Part shown: positions 53,718 through 62,751 of the stretch, in pieces | Layout: every line of letters starts with the position of its first letter | Position numbering within the stretch: the stretch's first letter is position 1 | Assembly: GCA_964612685.1 (NCBI GenBank) | Contig: CAZTCF010000003.1 | Coordinates: forward strand, 3,685 to 67,684 | Direction of reading: 5' to 3' | Length of the DNA: 64,000 nt | From: Candidatus Woesearchaeota archaeon | GTDB lineage: Archaea; Nanobdellota; Nanobdellia; Pacearchaeales; GW2011-AR1 | Notes under the pieces: model-generated | What the model was told of the DNA's origin: nothing | The model's input: only the letters and a program-made list of their open reading frames with translations | Database searches by the model: none | Translations under genes and position numbers: made by a program

Positions 53718-54938
53718 ATGAATAAACCTTCAAAAAAAATAAAATCGAACAAATATGAACTCTTAGCCCCGGCTGGAGACTTTGCAATGCTTACCACTGC
53801 AATTAACGCAGGAGCAGATGCAGTTTATTTTGGATTAAAAGAATTCTCATTAAGAGCAAATGCAAGAAACTTTGAAATAAAAGACTTAAGTAAAATAAAC
53901 GAAATATGCAACAAGAACAAAAATAAAAAAATAAAGAAATATCTAACTTTAAATTCAATAATATACACCAATGAACTTTCAAAAATTGAGAATATAATAA
54001 AAAGAGTAAAAGGAAAAGTAGATGCAATAATATGTTGGGATTTAGGAGTAATTAGTTTATGTAAGAAACATAAAATTCCATTTCATATATCCACACAAGC
54101 CTCAATTTCAAATATTGAATCTGCAAAGTTTTACAAAGATCTCGGGGCTGAAAGAATAATACTTGCTAGAGAATTAAATCTTAAACAAATAAAAGAAATA
54201 ATAAAAAAAATAGATATCAAAGTAGAAGTATTCATCCACGGAGCAATGTGTCTTGCGGTTAGTGGACGTTGTTTGATGTCTCAATTTTTATTCAACAAAT
54301 CTGCAAACAGGGGAGAATGTATACACCCCTGCAGAAGGAGTTATACAATAAAAGACACCCAGGAAGGGTATGAATTGGAAATTGAAAATAATCATGTACT
54401 CTCAGCAAAAGATTTATGCACCCTTCCTTTTATTGAAGAATTAAAAAAAGCAGGTATAACTTGTTTTAAGATAGAGGGAAGAAACAGAGAACCAAGATAT
54501 CTAGATACAGTTATCCGAGCTTACAGAAAAGCACTTGATAATAAACTTACAAAACAAGAAATAGAAGAATCACTTGAAGAACTAAAAAAAGTTTATAACA
54601 AGGGTTTCTCCTCTGGATTCTACCTGGGGCTACCAACCCAAAAAGACTTTTCAAACATAGAACATTCAAGTGCAACAGAAAAAAAGCAATTTGTAGGAAA
54701 GATATCTCATTATTATCCAAAGATAGGGGTAGCAACAATAAAATTAGTCTCGGAATTAAAGATTGGAGATAAAATTGCAGTTATAGGTAAAACAACTGGA
54801 ATAACTAACTCTAAAGTAGAAGGTATTGAGATTAATAATAAATCAGTTAATTCCGGAAAAAAGGGGCAAGAGATAGGAATAAAACTTCCCTTAGTGAGAA
54901 AAAACGAAGAAGTTTATAGGATAGTTAAAAACAATTAA
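53718..54938 (+). CDS. peptidase U32 family protein
   Basis: ELLAPAG...A.AI.AGADAVYFG, ERIILARELNL, VEVFIHGAMC, EGR.R pattern. Confidence 0.85.
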   Translation: MNKPSKKIKSNKYELLAPAGDFAMLTTAINAGADAVYFGLKEFSLRANARNFEIKDLSKINEICNKNKNKKIKKYLTLNSIIYTNELSKIENIIKRVKGKVDAIICWDLGVISLCKKHKIPFHISTQASISNIESAKFYKDLGAERIILARELNLKQIKEIIKKIDIKVEVFIHGAMCLAVSGRCLMSQFLFNKSANRGECIHPCRRSYTIKDTQEGYELEIENNHVLSAKDLCTLPFIEELKKAGITCFKIEGRNREPRYLDTVIRAYRKALDNKLTKQEIEESLEELKKVYNKGFSSGFYLGLPTQKDFSNIEHSSATEKKQFVGKISHYYPKIGVATIKLVSELKIGDKIAVIGKTTGITNSKVEGIEINNKSVNSGKKGQEIGIKLPLVRKNEEVYRIVKNN

Positions 54939-55074
54939 TTTTGTTAATATATATCTATAATACCTTGGAGAATACTATCATTGATTACTCTTGTAAATTG
55001 AACAAGGGTATGATTTTACTTAATTAATAAAAATATTTTGGGAATTTTATTAAACAAAATATCCATTAACCAAT

Positions 55075-55112
55075 AATAAAAAAGAATAAAAAAAGAATAA
55101 AAAAATAAAAAA
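55075..55112 (-). terminator. oligo-T tract (minus strand) immediately downstream of the pilin-like gene
   Basis: The plus strand reads AATAAAAAAGAATAAAAAAAGAATAAAAAAATAAAAAA, giving several T5-T7 runs on the coding strand. Archaeal termination typically uses T-runs. Confidence 0.35.
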
Positions 55113-55589
55113 TTAATAAATCTGGAAAGTGCTTGTTGTCTCACAGAAAGATTGCTCGTTAGTGTCCTCATTCAAGTAGAATACAACAACATCTACTTTA
55201 CTTGGAACTAAACCTGCACAACCCATTGCTGCCAAATCTATTTGAACAGTTGTAGTTTTCTGAGCTGGTAAAGGATAGTCTTCATTCAATATGTCAGTAG
55301 GACAACTTTCTAATTCCTCAGCATCGCTAACAACCAATTTAACTCCTCCAATCTCGTCTGTACCCCTCTTTCTATTAAGAGTTACATCATAAAGATCTCC
55401 ACCAGCAGAATTAACTTGAGTTACAACAACTTCAGATGATAAACACTTTGAACTGATATTCACATCATCAGCCCCTCCCTGCACAACACCCCTTATAACT
55501 AACCAGATTATACCGACTGCTACAAGAGTAAGCAGAATTATCAACAAAGTCGCAACAATTGTGGACAAACCCTTTTTATTATTTTTCAT
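55113..55589 (-). CDS. archaeal type IV pilin-like protein (class III signal peptide)
   Basis: MKNNKKG/LSTIVATLLIILLTLVAVGIIW is a textbook prepilin-peptidase substrate N-terminus. Strong SD AAGGAGGTTGAT-ATG. Confidence 0.8.
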   Translation of the reverse strand: MKNNKKGLSTIVATLLIILLTLVAVGIIWLVIRGVVQGGADDVNISSKCLSSEVVVTQVNSAGGDLYDVTLNRKRGTDEIGGVKLVVSDAEELESCPTDILNEDYPLPAQKTTTVQIDLAAMGCAGLVPSKVDVVVFYLNEDTNEQSFCETTSTFQIY

Positions 55590-55698
55590 ATCAACCTCCT
55601 TTCAGACTATTTAATATTTGAAGGAAAATTAAATTTCCATTCAAACGCATAACCATTACTGGTTAGTAAAATAAGAAAAAACACCTATAAAAACCTTT

Positions 55699-56910
55699 TT
55701 ATTTATTGAAACTATCAATAATTTTAAAGAATTCTTTACTATCAATGACTTTGTCAACCTCTGTTAAACCCCTTTGCTCTACAAATTTTACAAATGCTTC
55801 AGGCTTGTATCCCCTTTTCCTTAAAGAAGCAATAGTAGGTATTTTTTCATCATCATCTCCGGAAAACTCTCCAGAATCAATTAACGCATTAATCTTTCTT
55901 TTAGATAAAATTAAATCTTTGAATTTTATTCTACCCATAAAATATGTCCAGGGAAAATTCTTTCCAAATAAATCGAAAATCATCTTCTGTCGTTTTGCGT
56001 TATCCATATGATCCTTTCCTCTAATAATATGAGTCATACCTAATTCTATGTCATCAACAGAAACAACTAAGTTCATTAAAGGCCAAACTCTATACTTATT
56101 TTTTTGTTTAGGATGCTCTTTCTCAATTATTCTAGCAAGAGGAAAATCTCTCATTGCAGGATTAGGATCTTGCATTCCCAAATCCGACTTAAACCTTAAC
56201 ACCGCTTCTCCAGGTTTAAATCCTTTTTTCTTATCAAGCATTTTACTCCACCTGTAAATGTTCTCCTTGAGATCATTATTTCTACATGGACAATTTTCTT
56301 TGAGTTCAGAAAATCCCTTAAACTTTTCAGGAGAACAAGTACATATGTAACCCCTATTCTTTTTAATAATCTTCTCAATATATTCGTAATATAAATTCAT
56401 CCTATCAGAAGAATTAATATATTCGGTAACATTTCCAAAAATCCAATCGCAATCTCTTTTTATATTTGTATAAGCTTCTGAAAGAGTAGTATCTGGAGAG
56501 GTATCATCAATAATTATATAAAGTTTCCCCCCATATTTTTTAACATAAAGCGAAGAAATTAAATTAGAAATTATATGTCCTACATGTAAAGGTCCTGAAG
56601 GAGCAGGTCTAAATCGCATAATTACCCCCTTCTTTAAAGAAACTCCTGGAAGCTCTTCCAATCCCTCCCTTGTTTCTCTTTCTGAAACTAATTCTTTAAT
56701 TTTTTCATATTCTTTTTCCTGTTCTTCCAAAGAAAGATTATTTACAGAACAAACAATTTCATTGATCTCTTTCGAAAACTTTTTTACATCCTCCTTTTTC
56801 AATCCTTCAGCAAACAATCCAGAAATAACTGCTCCTTGATTTGCCTTTCCGTTATAGTGGAGAGCATTTTTAAGCGCATAAGCTCTTGCTTTTTTATTGA
56901 AATCTTTCAT
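55699..56910 (-). CDS. gltX: glutamyl-tRNA synthetase, archaeal type, catalytic part only (403 aa)
   Basis: RFRPAPSGPLHVGHI (HIGH), IIIDDTSP, Cys cluster CTCSPEKF...CPCRNN, VWPLMNLVVSVDD, THIIRGKDH, ILSKRK (KMSKS). The protein ends shortly after the KMSKS region. Confidence 0.8.
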   Translation of the reverse strand: MKDFNKKARAYALKNALHYNGKANQGAVISGLFAEGLKKEDVKKFSKEINEIVCSVNNLSLEEQEKEYEKIKELVSERETREGLEELPGVSLKKGVIMRFRPAPSGPLHVGHIISNLISSLYVKKYGGKLYIIIDDTSPDTTLSEAYTNIKRDCDWIFGNVTEYINSSDRMNLYYEYIEKIIKKNRGYICTCSPEKFKGFSELKENCPCRNNDLKENIYRWSKMLDKKKGFKPGEAVLRFKSDLGMQDPNPAMRDFPLARIIEKEHPKQKNKYRVWPLMNLVVSVDDIELGMTHIIRGKDHMDNAKRQKMIFDLFGKNFPWTYFMGRIKFKDLILSKRKINALIDSGEFSGDDDEKIPTIASLRKRGYKPEAFVKFVEQRGLTEVDKVIDSKEFFKIIDSFNK

Positions 56911-56911
56911 A

Positions 56912-57316
56912 TTAATCTACAGAACTTGAACCTCCAATCCTAACTTTCTTTTCAAGCAACTCAACCCTCTGTTGCAATAAATAAATTTGATTAGACATAT
57001 CTTCAATCCGGTCCGTCATATCTTTTAATCTTTTTGCAAGTCTTCTTCTTTTTTCATATGCATCCAAAGATTCACCAGGTTCAGAATCCTCTGCAGGCTT
57101 AAATCCAGAAGATGAAGAGTTATTTGATTGTTCAGAAGTTCTTTGGGTATTTGTATCTCCAAAAAAATTGAAAAACCCTCCCCCGGAACTTTCTTGAGAA
57201 GAAGTAGATAAAGGCTCTGAGGTTTTATTCTTTAAAGCGTCCTTAGAACGTTTTCTTTCATAATTCTGTTCCTCGGTTAAATCTACAATTCTATCTCTCC
57301 TGCTAAAAAATCCCAT
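56912..57316 (-). CDS. hypothetical protein: N-terminal MGFFSRR, Ser-rich linker, C-terminal coiled coil
   Basis: ORF 2 nt upstream of gltX. Confidence 0.6.
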   Translation of the reverse strand: MGFFSRRDRIVDLTEEQNYERKRSKDALKNKTSEPLSTSSQESSGGGFFNFFGDTNTQRTSEQSNNSSSSGFKPAEDSEPGESLDAYEKRRRLAKRLKDMTDRIEDMSNQIYLLQQRVELLEKKVRIGGSSSVD

Positions 57317-57390
57317 AAATAATAAAAATACCGATTATTTTTAAATATAGCTATCAAACATTTTTTAAATAAGAAATTCCTTAATTTTTA

Positions 57391-58785
57391 ATGGGTTCAG
57401 TAATTTCAGACATAATTGGAAAAATAAATCCTAAGTATAAAGATGGTCCTGTAGCTTTCCACACTTTAGGATATGATTCTGGAGTAGAACAGCTGGAACA
57501 AATATACTTTTTCATATTAGATTTAATGAGTGATTTTGGGTTAAAAACTGAAAAGCTAATAGATAATTTTTCTTCTTCACCAGGTTCAGGACATTTTTCA
57601 GAACTGGGGCAAAAAGCAACAATAATGCAAAATCAAGCCATGAAAGTTATGGGAGATATTAATACCGTATTGAGAAGTGTATTAAACATAATATATGATT
57701 TAAAGGAATTCAGAACAAGATTACAAAGTTACGATGATTTAAAATCTCCTGATAAAAAAGATGGGGCAATACTTTCTTTAAAACAAATCTGGATGGATAA
57801 AGTAGATATACAAAAGGGAAATTCAAGCATAAAGGCAATGGCTCTTGGACAAGCAGGATTTGTCACATTAATAGATGCATTTTTAGCTTCAAAGGATGAA
57901 AAAAGCGCTGAAAAATTAGACTTAAATGATAGAGTTAAAAGAATCTTAATTCCAAGAATTCACGAATTCAACATTTGGTTAACACAATCTGAACAAGAAT
58001 TAAGAAAAAGATATGAAATTGAAAAGAGCTACTTAAGAAGCCAAGTAAACAGTTTAAAACTTTACTCAAGATGGGCAAAGCCATATTTAAAGGCGGCTAG
58101 TGAGTTAGAAAACCAAGATATGGGAAGGGAACCAGCATTGGTTAAAACTTTCAACACACTTATGCTTAATTTAATTTTAATTGGAAAGAGAGAATTAAAT
58201 GTAAAAGATTCTGCAATGGATGGTCTATTACCAAAAGACTTTGCAAAAGAAAATTTCGTAAAAAAATTAAGAAAATACTATAGTTGTGTACTTGTAGAAT
58301 TTACTTTCAGGGGAATTCCTCAAAGAGTGTCTCAACAACCTCATTTTACATTTGGGGGAAAAGCAGATGTTACATTCAGAGCATATGCCTTAAATGAAGA
58401 TGAAATAAATAAATTAAATAAAGAACTGGAAAAATCAGATTTAAATGACGTTTTAAAATTAATAGACGGGGCAACAGACGATAGCCTTAAGCAGATGCAA
58501 GAAGAAATAGATTTCTTCCTTGAAGAAAAAAACAAGAAGGAAGAGGAAAAAAAGAAAAAAGATCAATCAAACCCTTTCTTAGCCCTATTTGGTGCATATG
58601 AAAATAAAGTAGATAAAGAAGCTTCAAAAAAGAAAGAACCAGATAAAGGAGATAAACCAATCAGAAAAGACGATTGGATTGAGAAAACACACATTCGCCC
58701 ACTTGCAGAGGAAGTAGCAGGCGCAACTGCAATGAGTTTATTTGATATATACAAGAAGTCTCATGGAATGGCTAGCTACACCTAA
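57391..58785 (+). CDS. hypothetical helical protein (464 aa)
   Basis: Long ORF with no motif recognised. Confidence 0.65.
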   Translation: MGSVISDIIGKINPKYKDGPVAFHTLGYDSGVEQLEQIYFFILDLMSDFGLKTEKLIDNFSSSPGSGHFSELGQKATIMQNQAMKVMGDINTVLRSVLNIIYDLKEFRTRLQSYDDLKSPDKKDGAILSLKQIWMDKVDIQKGNSSIKAMALGQAGFVTLIDAFLASKDEKSAEKLDLNDRVKRILIPRIHEFNIWLTQSEQELRKRYEIEKSYLRSQVNSLKLYSRWAKPYLKAASELENQDMGREPALVKTFNTLMLNLILIGKRELNVKDSAMDGLLPKDFAKENFVKKLRKYYSCVLVEFTFRGIPQRVSQQPHFTFGGKADVTFRAYALNEDEINKLNKELEKSDLNDVLKLIDGATDDSLKQMQEEIDFFLEEKNKKEEEKKKKDQSNPFLALFGAYENKVDKEASKKKEPDKGDKPIRKDDWIEKTHIRPLAEEVAGATAMSLFDIYKKSHGMASYT

Positions 58786-58822
58786 TCAAAATTATTATAT
58801 ATCTGATAATCCTAAATAATTG

Positions 58823-59437
58823 ATGTTAAAAAAAGCAAAATCAGTTAAAAATAAAGAAAAAAGAGAAGTAAAAAAGACTAAGGAATTAAAAAAGAACCTA
58901 AGCCAAGAAGAAATAAATTCCTTAGAACAGATGATAAATGAAAATGAGGCAAGAACAACCTCCTCAGAGATGAAAGAATTACTAAGAGGACAAATGACAG
59001 AGATTTTAACCCCTTCATTAAAAAAAGTTAATCCTCCACAAAAAAGCCAGATAATGCTAGAAAGAGACATCATCACTGGTTCTATCTCGCTTGAAAATTT
59101 AAATGGAGATGAAGAAGAAATAAAATATAATCTCATTGGTAAAAAAGACCAACAAGACTACAAACAAATAAGTCCGGAATACTCAGAAATACAAAAAGAG
59201 TCTCTTGAAAAAAATCCAAATATCTTAATAAAATCTCCTTCATTTATATCACAGGATAAAATAAACTTTGCAGATAACTTCCCCAAGAAAAATTTCAGAT
59301 TAATCGTAGAAGATGAGCTAAAAAATTCAAAAGATATGGATAAAGATTATGCATTTAGACAATCCTTTGATGAGAAAGAAAAAAAATTTTCCCGTAATCC
59401 ATTTGAGATGAAAGAAAAGAAATACAACAACTTTTAA
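58823..59437 (+). CDS. hypothetical Lys/Glu-rich protein (204 aa)
   Basis: ORF. ATG taken at 58823, since the track start is a TTG. Confidence 0.55.
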   Translation: MLKKAKSVKNKEKREVKKTKELKKNLSQEEINSLEQMINENEARTTSSEMKELLRGQMTEILTPSLKKVNPPQKSQIMLERDIITGSISLENLNGDEEEIKYNLIGKKDQQDYKQISPEYSEIQKESLEKNPNILIKSPSFISQDKINFADNFPKKNFRLIVEDELKNSKDMDKDYAFRQSFDEKEKKFSRNPFEMKEKKYNNF

Positions 59438-59473
59438 CAATAAATATATAAATAAAAAATCATTAAATCATAT

Positions 59474-61255
59474 ATGGTAAAGAAGGGGGGATATACTATT
59501 GAAAATACTTATCTAGGAGGGTATTCAAGCCTGGATCCAAATAAAGCGTATCTAACTAATTTTACAGGATATAGGGTAAATGCAAGAGAAATAGGAGCAC
59601 CAACAAAACCAGACACTGCAAACCAAATTCAACAAGTTACACAAATGCTCAATCAAGGAATAATCCCTATAGAAACAGGAGCAATAAGTCCAGAAGTATT
59701 TACTCAAATACCCAAACAACATTTCAAAGAAATAGACAGATTATCAAAATTAACGGGAGCAAAGATTTCTTTACATGCTCCAATTGTGGAACCATCTGGA
59801 ATGGGAGAACAAGGATGGAGCGAACTTCAAAGACAAGCAGCTGAAAGACAATTAAATGATGTCGTTGAAAAAGCATATGAATTGAGCTCAAAAGAACCCG
59901 TACCTATAACCATACACTCAACAGCAGGAGCAGGTTCAGAATATGTTCCAGATAAAGAAAAAGGAAGAAAGGTGTCTAAATTAATAGCCGTTGAAAAAGA
60001 AACTGGAAGACCAGTTACTGTTTTGGAGGAAGAAACATTATACTATCCACAAATGGATTTGGAAGAAGGTAAAAAATACACCCCAGAAATGCGCCTAAAT
60101 TCAATTAATCGTACAAAATGGGAAGAAACAATAAATCAACAATTTTTTAATAAAGAAAGAGCGGACCAGATAATAAAAGATAATTCATTGCAAATAAACC
60201 ACCTCTGGAACGAATTAAAAGAAGGGAAAATAGACCCTAATGATTTAACCCCAACACAAAAAAATACTTTTAGACATTTACAAAACGCTAAAACCTACCT
60301 TGATGATATTGAACAAAATGTTGAATCAATGTTTAACAAAGCCTGGAAAAATACAGAAGGAGACGACAAGAGTAGAGAGTATTTAAGAAAAGTTTCAGAA
60401 CGTTACAAAGAAGATATTTCAAAGGACGATACTCCTTTGGGCCAATCTAATGCCGTTCAAAACCTTATGGATGGTTTAAGGGTTGTTCAACCAAGAAATA
60501 TAATCTCAATAGAAGAATTTGCATTAGACAAATCTGCACAAACCTTTGCAAATGTTGCATTTAACGCTTACAATAAATTTGATAAAAAAGGGAATATACC
60601 AAAAATTAATATTGAAAATATGTATTCTGGAATGGCTTTCTCGTCTTTAGAAGATATGAATAAACTTATTGTTGAATCAAAAAACAAATTCGCTCAAAAA
60701 CTTATAAACGAAAAAGGGATAGATGAAAAATCTGCAAGACAAAAAGCAGACGAAGTAATAGGAATGACTCTGGATGTAGGACATTTAAACATCTCCAAAA
60801 AACAAGGATTCACAGATAAAGATTTATTGAAAGAAGTGGATGCAATAAAAAAACATGTTAAACATGTCCATTTAACAGATAACTTCGGGTTTTCCGATTC
60901 ACATCTCCCTCCTGGAATGGGGAATGTTCCTTTCAAGGAAATTTTAGAGAAGCTTGAAAAAGCAGGATTTAAAGGAAATAAGATAGTTGAAGCAGGAGGG
61001 TTTGTTCAACATTTTCAACAATCTCCTTATGTCCCTTCTCTTGAAGGATTAGGTTCCCCGATGTATTCTTCGGGTCCAGGTCCTTATTGGAATCAATCCT
61101 TGGGATTACAACAAGGATATCTCTCAGGATATGGGATGATGCTCCCAAATACAAATTATCAAACTTTCGGTGCAGGATTTTCTCAACTCCCACAAGAACT
61201 TGGAGGAGAATTAGCAAGAGGAGGAGGAAAATTTAATCAAAGAGGAATGGAATAA
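59474..61255 (+). CDS. endonuclease IV / xylose-isomerase-like TIM-barrel protein with a roughly 230-aa insertion and a Gly/Gln/Tyr-rich tail
   Basis: Metal-ligand-like blocks occur in order: ISLHAP, ITIHS, NIENM, TLDVGHL, HVHLTDNFGFSDSHLPPGMGNVPF, IVEAG. Compare E. coli Nfo: IENT, CIDTCHA, HLNDAK..GSRVDRH..LGEG. Confidence 0.65.
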   Translation: MVKKGGYTIENTYLGGYSSLDPNKAYLTNFTGYRVNAREIGAPTKPDTANQIQQVTQMLNQGIIPIETGAISPEVFTQIPKQHFKEIDRLSKLTGAKISLHAPIVEPSGMGEQGWSELQRQAAERQLNDVVEKAYELSSKEPVPITIHSTAGAGSEYVPDKEKGRKVSKLIAVEKETGRPVTVLEEETLYYPQMDLEEGKKYTPEMRLNSINRTKWEETINQQFFNKERADQIIKDNSLQINHLWNELKEGKIDPNDLTPTQKNTFRHLQNAKTYLDDIEQNVESMFNKAWKNTEGDDKSREYLRKVSERYKEDISKDDTPLGQSNAVQNLMDGLRVVQPRNIISIEEFALDKSAQTFANVAFNAYNKFDKKGNIPKINIENMYSGMAFSSLEDMNKLIVESKNKFAQKLINEKGIDEKSARQKADEVIGMTLDVGHLNISKKQGFTDKDLLKEVDAIKKHVKHVHLTDNFGFSDSHLPPGMGNVPFKEILEKLEKAGFKGNKIVEAGGFVQHFQQSPYVPSLEGLGSPMYSSGPGPYWNQSLGLQQGYLSGYGMMLPNTNYQTFGAGFSQLPQELGGELARGGGKFNQRGME

Positions 61256-61294
61256 AAAGATTAAATTTATTAATTAAAACCAGATTATAAAAAG

Positions 61295-61504
61295 ATGAGT
61301 AAAAAAGAGGAAGATAAAGTTCAAAAAATTGCAGCGCCAATAGTTGGATTTTTAGGATTAATGTTGATGATATTTAACTTAAAAATTACAGGAGCAGTGA
61401 TAGGAGAAGACTCAACTGTAACAATAGGGGCGTTCGGGGTGTTTATGATTTTTTTTGCTCTACTCTTGTTTGTTAGACCTTTAAAAAGAAACTTTAAAAA
61501 GTGA
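61295..61504 (+). CDS. small 2-TM membrane protein (69 aa)
   Basis: ORF with two hydrophobic helices. Confidence 0.5.
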   Translation: MSKKEEDKVQKIAAPIVGFLGLMLMIFNLKITGAVIGEDSTVTIGAFGVFMIFFALLLFVRPLKRNFKK

Positions 61505-61528
61505 ATTATACTATATACTAAGTAAAAG

Positions 61529-62410
61529 ATGGTGAAAAAAAAGATAAAAAAAGAGAAGAAGATTAAATCTAAAAAACAAGTTGTAAAATCTCCTGAAGAT
61601 AAAAAAAGTATAATCTCACACGAAATACCTACTCTAAAATTAAAAACAGAAAATGAAATTGCAATGGACTTTGCAGTTAAAGTATATAAAAAATTCAACA
61701 ATGTAGTAAAATCAATAGTTCTCTTTGGTTCAACAACAAAACAAAGCGCAACTCCAGGTTCAGATATTGATATAATGATATTAATTGATGACGTTTCAAT
61801 AAAATGGGATCAAGAATTAATTGCTTGGTATAGAGAAGAACTAGAAAAAATAATTGAAACAAGCCCATATAAAAAAGATTTACACATAAACACAATCAAG
61901 TTATCAACATGGTGGGAAGATTTAATGAGAGGAGACCCCGTTATATTAAACATATTAAGATATGGAGAAGCAATGATAGATGCTGGGAGTTTTTTTAATC
62001 CAATAAAACAACTTCTTATACAGGGAAAAATAAAATCAACTCCAGAAGCAATTTATTCATGCTTACAAAGAGCACCAATGCATTTTGCAAGAAGTAAAGC
62101 CTCCGAATTAGGAGCTATAGAAGGATTATACTGGACAATGGTTGATTCTTCACATGCTGCATTAATAGCTGCAAATGTGTTACCTCCCTCTCCAGAACAT
62201 ATACCTGGAGAATTAAAAATAAATTTTGTAAACTCCGGGAAATTAAAGATGAAGTATGTTGAATGGTTTAGAGAATTAAATGCGCTACATAAAAAGATAA
62301 CTCATGGAGAAATCACAGATTTAAAAGGAATACAAATAGATGACTGGCAAATAAAAACAGAAGAGTTCCTTAGAACAATGGCCCAATTAGTTAATGAATT
62401 AATCAGATAA
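61529..62410 (+). CDS. nucleotidyltransferase-domain (Pol-beta superfamily) protein with a helical C-terminal domain
   Basis: VLFGSTTKQSATPGSDIDIMILIDD is the minimal NTase GS...D.D motif. Confidence 0.75.
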   Translation: MVKKKIKKEKKIKSKKQVVKSPEDKKSIISHEIPTLKLKTENEIAMDFAVKVYKKFNNVVKSIVLFGSTTKQSATPGSDIDIMILIDDVSIKWDQELIAWYREELEKIIETSPYKKDLHINTIKLSTWWEDLMRGDPVILNILRYGEAMIDAGSFFNPIKQLLIQGKIKSTPEAIYSCLQRAPMHFARSKASELGAIEGLYWTMVDSSHAALIAANVLPPSPEHIPGELKINFVNSGKLKMKYVEWFRELNALHKKITHGEITDLKGIQIDDWQIKTEEFLRTMAQLVNELIR

Positions 62411-62412
62411 TT

Positions 62413-62697
62413 CTATTTCTCACTCATCATCTCTTTTAATTCTCTTATTCTTTGAATATCTAAATATTTCTCGGTTAATCTAAATACCTTTTCTTCTAGG
62501 TCTGGGCTATATTTTCTAAAAACCCTTTTTCCATTTTCTAGGCTATAAAGCAATTTATAATAAAATCCGATGTATATATCCCTAACCTTACTAACAGGAT
62601 ATTCGTTTCTAACCGAAATTTCCTTTATAGTATCAAGGTGATTTCTAGGACTAAACATTCTCGAATTTATATTTTCCAATTTAGTTTTTTTTGCCAT
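62413..62697 (-). CDS. hypothetical protein (94 aa from the first ATG)
   Basis: The track start is a TTG. The ATG gives MAKKTKLENI... Confidence 0.5.
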   Translation of the reverse strand: MAKKTKLENINSRMFSPRNHLDTIKEISVRNEYPVSKVRDIYIGFYYKLLYSLENGKRVFRKYSPDLEEKVFRLTEKYLDIQRIRELKEMMSEK

Positions 62698-62751
62698 TTT
62701 AATTAAAACAAAAAGAAAGAACAATTTTACCTGTTTATTAATCTATCTCTC

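Noticed and set aside
55590-55698. Two small hairpins (TAACCA-TTAC-TGGTTA and GGAAA...TTTCC) in the region upstream of the pilin-like gene
   Set aside because: Short AT-rich stems of this size are expected by chance in this genome. There is no second copy or other supporting context.
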